From NCBI GenBank assembly GCA_963836075.1, contig CAWIIB010000009.1, forward strand, positions 2,560,001 to 2,624,000: a stretch of DNA of 64,000 bases, given 5' to 3'. A model generated the notes under the pieces. It was not told the origin of the DNA. It did not search any database and saw nothing but the letters and a program-made list of their open reading frames with translations. Of the stretch, positions 63,969 to 64,000 are shown in pieces. The translations under genes and the position numbers were made by a program. Each line of letters begins with the position of its first letter. Position 1 is the first letter of the stretch. The DNA comes from an uncultured Acidobacteriota bacterium (GTDB lineage Bacteria > Acidobacteriota > JAQAZP01).

Positions 63969-64000
63969 GACAATCGAGAGAAAGCGGATCACCCAGACGG
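63961..64000 (+). CDS. rpsQ: 30S ribosomal protein S17 (start only, truncated)
   Basis: ATG overlapping the rpmC end, MDKTIERKRITQT; gene order. Confidence 0.7.
   Translation, partial: MDKTIERKRITQT

Overview
High-GC bacterial chromosome segment in which every credible gene lies on the + strand. An 8-Cys zinc-ribbon insert in RpoB and the style of the pilus locus suggest Acidobacteriota, but this is inference. Three blocks: (1) 1-29 kb, a type IV pilus locus (pilT, pilC, pilS/pilR, sigma54-driven major pilin, ABC/PilGHI-like genes, pilD, minor pilins, second HK/RR pair) carrying a large candidate pilin-modification island: YfhO-like GT-C protein, Thr-type sulfatase-fold lipoprotein, two O-oligosaccharyltransferase-like proteins, membrane-bound spermidine-synthase-like protein, eukaryote-type UDP-galactopyranose-mutase-like flavoprotein and a GT4. 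(2) 29-32.5 kb, an arginine synthetase (ArcE-like)/carbamate kinase/ornithine carbamoyltransferase operon behind an attenuator-like leader. (3) 32.6-64 kb, core genes (rplM-rpsI, rpsB-tsf-frr, ispDF, gltX, rlmB, 5 tRNAs, two tuf copies, rpoBC, str and S10 operons). Non-coding highlights are a 124-bp element with 29-bp inverted repeats between the pilin and the glycosylation genes, and an unassigned structured RNA at about 26.75-26.89 kb. About 12 frameshifts, all +1 and including essential genes, are most likely sequencing errors. All family assignments come from motif recognition by eye; no searches were run.
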